From assembly GCA_030770535.1 (NCBI GenBank), contig JASVEC010000109.1, positions 1 through 55,641 of the forward strand: 55,641 bases of DNA, in the 5' to 3' direction. The position numbers and the translations under genes were made by a program. Below the pieces are notes generated by a model, which saw only the letters and a list, made by a program, of their open reading frames with translations, was not told the DNA's origin and did not search any database. This DNA is from Batkoa obscura. Taxonomy: Eukaryota. The first letter of the stretch is position 1; the number at the start of each line of letters is the position of its first letter. Positions 47,541 to 55,641 of the stretch are shown in pieces.

Positions 47541-50024
47541 ATGTTAAGTGCGATAGTAATGATACCATTAATAGGATCATGGATTATAATGATGACATCA
47601 AATATTATGATATCTAAATTGGTTAGTTTAATTAGTTCTTTTATAGTTTTATTAATATATGGAATAATCTGGGTAGAACATAATAGTAATAATAATTATT
47701 ATCAGATAATAGGGAATGATAATAGTTATTATCCATTAAATATGGGAATAGATAGTATATCATTATATATGATAGGGATAACAATAATATTAATACCAAT
47801 ATGTATATTATCAACATGGTCAACAGTAAAAGAGAATGTAAAATTATATTTAATATTATTATTAGGATTAGAAACTATATTAATATTAGTTTTTGTATTA
47901 TTAGATATATTATTATTTTATATCTCATTTGAAGCTAGTTTAATACCAATGTTTTTAATAATAGGTATATATGGGAGTAGAGAAAGGAAGATATATGCAG
48001 CATATCAATTTTTTTTAATAACATTATTAGGATCATTATTAATGTTAATGGCAATAATAATATTATATTCACAAATAGGGGTAACAGATTATCAAATATT
48101 ATCAATAAGTAATATATCAAAAGAAAGAGAATATTTATTATGGTTAGCATTATTTATATCATTTGCAGTTAAAACACCATTAGTACCATTACATTTATGG
48201 TTACCAGAAGCACATAGTGAAGCGAATATAGCAGGATCAATAATATTAGCGGGTGTATTATTAAAATTAGCAGGATATGGATTTTTAAGATATTCAATAA
48301 ATATATTACCAGAAGGATCAATATATTATTTACCATTAGTATATGGATTATCAATAATAAGTATAATATATTCAAGTTTAACAACATTAAGACAAATAGA
48401 TATGAAAAAAATAATAGCTTATTCTTCAATAGGTCAAATCGGCCCTTTAAATAATGAAAATTATTTAACGCAACAAACTATATGCGGGAAATTTCAAGAA
48501 GAAAATTCGTTATTACAGAATACTAAGAATGTAAGTAGTCAGAATGATTCCTTTCTAGTAAGAATTTCTGTAATATTATGGAACAATCCGCAGATAACCA
48601 AAGCACTAAAATTAATTGTGTTAGTAGGAATCTCAGAGGCCATATGTTTGTTATCTACAAAGAAAGAGTATTCAACATCAACAAAGAATAGAATAAAAGC
48701 TGAAAAAAGATTTAATGAATGATTAGCAGGATTAATAGATGGAGATGGTAATTTTTATGTATCTAAAGAAGGATGATCCGTAGGATTAGAAATAACTATG
48801 GATTTGAGAGATGAACATTGTTTATATATAATAAAACAAAAATATGGAGGTTCTATTAAACTTAGATCAGGAGCCAAAGCAGTAAGATATAGATTATTAC
48901 ATAAAGATGGATTAATAGCATTAATACAAGATATAAATGGAAATATAAGAAATCCAATAAGAATAGAACAATTAAAAAAAGTATGTTTAAAATATGAAAT
49001 AGAAGTAAAAGAACCAATAGCATTAGAATATTCAAATGGATGATTATCAGGATTTTTCGATGCAGATGGGAATATATCAATACATAAAGAAAACAATGTA
49101 ATAATAATAGCAATAACTCAAAAAGATAAAGAAATGTTAGAACCATTAGAAAAATTATATGGAGGGAAAATATATGTGCATAATAAAAAGAAAACAGTCT
49201 ATAAATGAACTATATTCATAAAAGAAGAAATAGATTTAATTAATAAAAATTATTTCCATATAAATCCATCAAGATCTAAAAAATCAGTAAGATTAAATTT
49301 AATAGACAAATTCAATGAATTAAAGGAATTAAAATGTCATTTAGCAGAAAAAGACACTATATTAGGTAGAGCTTGGAAACATTTAGAGACTAAATGGAAT
49401 GAAGGCTTTAAAGTTGAGTAGATAAAGAGATGGTCCAGCTTCGATATAATAATCGAGGAGCACATGGGGATAGTATTATTAGGAATATTTTCATATTCAA
49501 TAGAAGGAATAGAAGGATCAATGATATTAATGATAGGTCATGGATTAGTATCACCAGGGTTATTTATAATAGTAACAATATTATATGATAGATATCATAG
49601 TAGAATAATAAAATATTATAGAGGAGTAGTATCAACTAGTCCTTTATTAGGGATAGTATTTTTAATATTAACTTTAGCGAATATGGCAGTACCATTAACA
49701 AGTAATTTTGTAGGTGAATTATTATGTTTTATGGGTGCATTCCAAACTAATCCTATTGCTACGATTATAGCTACAATAGGGATAATATTAGGAGGGGCAT
49801 ATAGTATATGGTTTTATAATAGAATAACATTTGGAGAAAGATCAGTATATTTAAGAGAAATAGAGGAAGCGGATATGAATAGAAGAGAATGGAGTCAAAT
49901 ATTACCATTATTAATATTAATATTAATATTAGGAATATATCCAAATATAGTATTAGAAACATTACATGTAGCAGTAAGTAATATATATTATTCAATAAAA
50001 TTAAAAGGATTAATAGGATATTAG
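47541..50024 (+). CDS. nad4: nad4, second copy; exons 47541..48434 and 49461..50024; intron LAGLIDADG ORF to 49421
   Basis: same as 10489..12972. Confidence 0.95.
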
Positions 50025-50096
50025 AAAGAATAAAGTACTTAAAAATGTAAGGGTACTAGGAAAGAGGGGAAAAGGTGAGAAAAAAAGAAAACAAAA

Positions 50097-52997
50097 ATGT
50101 ATTTAGCAATTATAATGTTACCTTTATTAAGTGGGGTAATTATAGGTTTATTAGGGAGAAAATTAGGAACATATGGAAGTAGATTAATAGGAACAGTATC
50201 AATAATAATATGTACTATATTATCAATAGTAGGGTATTATGAAATAGCAATATCAGAATCACCATTAAGTATATATTTATTAGATTGGATAGATACAGAA
50301 TATTTAGAGATATCATGGTCATTAAATATAGATAGTTTAAGTATAAGTATATATATACCAGTATTAATAGTATCAACATGTGTACATATATATTCAATAG
50401 AATATATGAGTGGAGATGCACATAATCCAAGATTTTTTAGTTATTTATCATTATTTACTTTTTTCATGTTATTATTAATTAGTGGTGATAATTTATTATT
50501 AATATTCATAGGATGAGAAGGTGTAGGTGTATGTTCTTATTTATTAGTTAATTTCTGATTTAAAAGAATACAAGCAAATAAAGCTGCAATGAAAGCTATT
50601 ATGGTAAATAGAATAGGAGATTGGGGATTAACATTAGGAATGATATTAATGTGGTGAGTATTTGGAAATTTAGAATTATCTACTATATTTAGTTTAGCAC
50701 CATTAATAAATGTAGATTTAATAACAATGATAGCAATATTAGTATTATTAGGAGCAATGGCAAAATCAGCACAGATAGGTCTTCATACGTGGCTACCAGA
50801 TGCAATGGAAGGTCCAACTCCAGTATCAGCATTAATTCATGCTGCGACGATGGTAACTGCGGGTGTATATTTATTAATAAGATTATCACCGTTAATAGAA
50901 TATAGTACAACGGGATTATTAATAATAAGTTGGGTAGGAGGCTTAACAGCGATATTTGCGGCAACAACAGCAATATTCCAAAATGATTTAAAAAGAGTAA
51001 TAGCTTATTCAACATGTTCTCAGTTAGGATATATGGTATTAGCAGTAGGTTTAAGTCAATATACATTAAGTGTATTTCATTTAGTTAATCATGCTTATTT
51101 TAAAGCATTATTATTCTTATCAGCTGGAGCAGTAATACATAGTTTCTCAGATGAACAAGATATGAGAAAATATGGAGGTTTAATAAATATATTACCTTTT
51201 ACATATATTAGTATTTTAATTGGTTCATTAAGTTTATTAGCTATACCTTATTTAACAGGGTTTTATTCTAAAGATTTAATATTAGAAGTAGCTTATGGAC
51301 AATATGAATTCCAAGGAAGTGTAGGATATTGATTAGGGACAATAACAGCATGTATAACTTCATTTTATTCATTTAGATTAATATATTTAACTTTCATTTC
51401 TTATCCTAATGGTGTAAAATATAATTATTCTCATGCTCATGAACCTTCTATAATAATGACAATACCTTTAGTAATATTAGGTTTATTCTCTATATTCCAT
51501 GGTTATTTTGCTTATGATTTATTTATTGGATTAGGATCTGGTTTATGGGGAAATAGTATATATATATCTCCTGATCATGTTTCTACAATAGAAGGTGAAT
51601 TTAGTATACCTTTATATATAAAATTATTACCTTTTTTTGGTAGTTTATTTTCTATAGCATTAGGTACATATATATATAATAATTTATCTATTATAGGAGA
51701 TAAAGGAATAAAAAAAGTAATATATAGATTCTTAAATAAAAGATATCATATAGATAATATATATAATAGTTTAATAGTATCTAATGTATTTAATTTAGCT
51801 TATATAACAAGTAAAAAATTAGATAAAGGAGTATTAGAATTAATAGGAGTTACAGCATTAGTAAAATTAGTAAATGAAAATTCTTCAAAATTAGCATCAT
51901 TTGATAATGGATATATACCTCATTTAGCTTTAAATGTAATAATAGGTTATATATTAGTATTAGGAGGAGTGGAATATTTACCAGGAGAAGAAATAATATT
52001 AATATTAATATTAATGATGATATTAAGTAATAAAACGGAAAAAAATCCTTCATTAACTTCAATAAAAACATTTAGTCTACATAATCAGAGAAGATTATAT
52101 TCTACTAAGCCAGAACCAGAAAAGAAGAATATGGTTGATAAATCAAAGAAACAAACTATATGGATGAAGATTAAATCACAATATAATTATTTAAATAATA
52201 AGTTTATTAAATGAACGGAAAGTCCTTATTTTACTCTTCAATTTGCTATATTATTCGGGTTTTTTGGGTTAATACATAGTTTATATAATCAAGGATTCTT
52301 TTCATATTTAATTTCTAAAATTCAATGTATGGATGAATTAGATGAAAAAACATATGAAGAGGATAGTAAACCTGTAATATATGATCAAGAGACAAAAGAT
52401 AAAATGATTAGTGATATCGATGGAGGTTATGCTTGAATGACAGGTATGAACGCTGGAGTCGGTATATATGGAGGTGGAAAGATTCTAAGTGGAAATAAAG
52501 CGGAGCAAGCAGCAGGTGCAATAATTGTAGGTGTTTCAGCAACTACACAATTATTAATAGAAACAGGAAAAAGTGAATTAAAAAAAGGAGTAAATAATAT
52601 ACCTACAGAAGAACCTATAGATAGACCATTATCTCCAAGTATATATGATAATGAAGACATATCAAATATATTAACAAAAGAGAATATGTTACCTGGGTGA
52701 CCTCAAATATTAGAATATATAAATAGTTTAGATAACGAATATAAATTAATTATATGTATAATAAGTTATTTAATATTTGCTTATTTATCTTTTAGATTAA
52801 TTCTAATAAAAAACACTCTAAATTTAAAAAGTGATCAGAAAATTGAGAAATATTTAGGGAGTTGAAATATTAAGCCTTTATTAACTATTAAAAAATTTTT
52901 TAATAAATATAGCAATTTCTTATTATATACTATAATAATATGATGTTTAATTGGAATTTTTATATCATTATTAATATTAATAAAATTTTATTTATAA
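50097..52997 (+). CDS. nad5: nad5 with C-terminal extension, second copy
   Basis: same as 13045..15945; fusion frame is intact in both copies. Confidence 0.93.
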
Positions 52998-53092
52998 AAG
53001 ATAAAATAACCTTCCATAAGAATAGTATACAGGAAAGTGAAAAGAAGAGAAGAGTAAATGGGGGAAAAAGGAAAGGGAAAGAATGAAAAGAA

Positions 53093-54461
53093 ATGTTAAT
53101 AGCAAGTATAATTATATTAATAATGGGTGTAGGGAGATCAATAAATATAAATAGGATGACGATGATAGTGTTCTTATATTCTGCAATATTAAGTATACAT
53201 ATGACAGATATGGATATAATTAATTCAGGAATAGGGATATATAATGGATTATATATAGTAAGTCCACTAAGCCAATATATAGAAAGTTATATATATATAA
53301 TAGCAGGGGTGGCAATGGTAGTAGCACAAAGAACAAGAAGTGAATATAGTTTAATAATATTATTAGTTACAGTAGGTATGAGTAGTATAATAAGTAGTAA
53401 TGAGATAATAAGTATATTAATAGGGATAGAATTACAGACATTAGGATTATATGTAATAGCGACAATAAATAGAGAATCAGAGAGAGCAACAGCAGCGGGA
53501 TTAAAGTATTATTTATTAGGAGGATTATCATCATGTATAATAGGATTAGGATTAAGTATGATATATGGGATAACAGGGGTAACAAATATAGAAGAAATAA
53601 ATATAATAATAAATATAAATAAAGATATAAATATAATAGTACCAATAGTATTAATAACAGTAGGATTATTATTTAAAATAGGAGCAGCACCATTTCATAA
53701 TTGGTTAGCAGATGTAATAGATGGAGTACCGACAATTATATCTACATGATTAGCAGTAGTATCAAAAATATCAATAATAATATTATTATATGTATTTATA
53801 ATAATAATATATTTATAAATATAAATAATAGTATAATAATAATAAGTATAATATTATCTTTAATAGTAGGATCATTAGTAGGGATAGTACAATATAGAAT
53901 AAAAAGATTATTAGCATATAGTAGTATAGCACATGCAGGATATATATTAATAGGGATAATAATAAATAATAATATAGGGTTAACAGGGTTAATATTTTAT
54001 ATAATACAATATACAATAACGATATTAAATATATTTATAATAATAATAGCATATAGTGAGATAGTAGAAGGGAATAAATCAATAGAATATATATCTCAAT
54101 TAAAAGGAATACATAAAAGAAATCCATTATTAGCGATAAGTTTAGCAATATGTTTATTTTCATCAGCAGGAATACCACCATTTATAGGATTTTTGGGAAA
54201 TTAAATATATTATATTCAGCAATAGATACAGGATATTATTTAATAACAATAATAGGGATATTAACAAGTATAATAAGTGGATATTATTATATAAAAATAA
54301 TAAAAGTAATGTATTTCCATCCTTTAAAAATTAAAGAAACAAAAGGGATATCAGAGAATAGTTCAATAGTTATATCAATAATAACATTTATAATAGTATT
54401 ATTTATAATAAGTCCAGAGGATATATATAATAGTATACAGATAATATCAAATATGGTATAG
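53093..54461 (+). CDS. nad2: nad2, second copy, with apparent indel errors near 53795 and 54190
   Basis: matches 16041..17408 apart from frameshifts. Confidence 0.88.
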
Positions 54462-54469
54462 TAAGCGGA

Positions 54470-54549
54470 GCGGATATGATGAAAATGGTAAACATGGCAT
54501 ATTTAGGATATGTTGGGTAACTTTGCAGGTTCGAGTCCTGCTATCCGTA
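54470..54549 (+). tRNA. trnL: tRNA-Leu(UAG), second copy
   Basis: same as 17417..17496. Confidence 0.9.
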
Positions 54550-54631
54550 GGAGGAGGTGTGAACACGAAGAGCTAGGAAAGTGAAAGAGAAGGAGGGGAA
54601 AAGAGAAAAGAAGGGAAGAAAGCAGAGGTAA

Positions 54632-54871
<240 letters not shown>

Positions 54872-54921
54872 TTTTTAAAAAAAAAAAAAAAGAAATCAAG
54901 AATTATAAGAAGAAAATATTA

Positions 54922-55074
54922 ATGCCACAATTAATACCATTATATTTTATAAATCAAGTAAGTTATTTATATATAGTATTTATAATATTATTATATATAA
55001 TATCTAAATTTATCTTACCTTTTTTCCCTAGATTAGGAGAAATAAGAGAAACATTAATAAAAGGTAGAAGATAA
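54922..55074 (+). CDS. atp8: atp8, second copy
   Basis: MPQLIP; same as 17867..18019. Confidence 0.93.
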   Translation: MPQLIPLYFINQVSYLYIVFIILLYIISKFILPFFPRLGEIRETLIKGRR

Positions 55075-55085
55075 AAACCTTCCAA

Positions 55086-55580
55086 TTAAAGAATTAAAAT
55101 AATAGGAGCTAACATAGCTAATAATAAAACAAGACTAGCTAAAAGTAACCAAAGAGAGAAAGAAGAATAAAGAGGATAAGCTAAAGAAGTTAATTGATGA
55201 GAAGAGTTAAAGAAAGAAGATCAAGGAGAATGAGAGAAAAAGAAAAAGTTGAAAGAATCAAAAAGGAAGAAGAAAGAGAAATTAGAGAATAAGAAAAATA
55301 GGAAAATAAGACTAGCAATAGGTAAGAAATTAGAGAAAAGATGATTAGTTAAGAATTTAAGATTAATCATCATAAACAATAACAAATAAGAATAAAATAG
55401 CAATAGCACCAACATAAATAAGAAGATAAGTAATACCAAGGAAACCAATACCTAAGGAAATAAGATAAGAAGAAGTGAAAGTAAATAAAGAGATAAAACC
55501 AAGAACAGCATAAATAGGATTAGAAGAAGAGATAGTAAGGAGAGTAGAAAAGAAAGTAAATAAAATTAAAAAAATTTCAT
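55086..55580 (-). CDS. nad6: nad6, second copy, with apparent indel errors
   Basis: matches 18031..18522 apart from indels (e.g. near 55375). Confidence 0.85.
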
Positions 55581-55641
55581 ATTAATGTGTGTATAAAATC
55601 AAAATAACAAAAATCAAAGAGGAAAGCCATCACTAGGAATT

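Overview
AT-rich fungal mitochondrial genome, read with TGA=Trp (translation table 4). The supplied ORF track used TGA as stop and therefore fragments most genes. The genome unit is about 37,052 bp; the window contains 1.5 units, since 1..~18590 recurs at ~37052..55641 with a few indel differences near both window ends (most simply an untrimmed circular overlap). One unit carries cox1-3, cob, nad1-6, nad4L, atp6/8/9, rps3, rnl, rns, a very small rnpB, 26 tRNAs and 9 group I introns (cox1 x3, cob x3, cox2, nad1, nad4) with LAGLIDADG or GIY-YIG ORFs. A free-standing rps3, rnpB, three CAU tRNAs and a C-rich 3' motif suggest an early-diverging ('zygomycete'-grade) fungus; this placement is inference. 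The most unusual content is a set of non-core membrane-protein ORFs. One is a four-member Gly/Ala-zipper family: two stand-alone ORFs, one cox3-chimeric ORF and one fused in frame to the C-terminus of nad5. The other is a two-member 'RNSPL..KGxC' family. The intact members sit behind duplicated copies of core-gene leaders (cox3 or atp6) or are fused to a core gene, and all end at the genome's AACCTTCC-type 3' motif.
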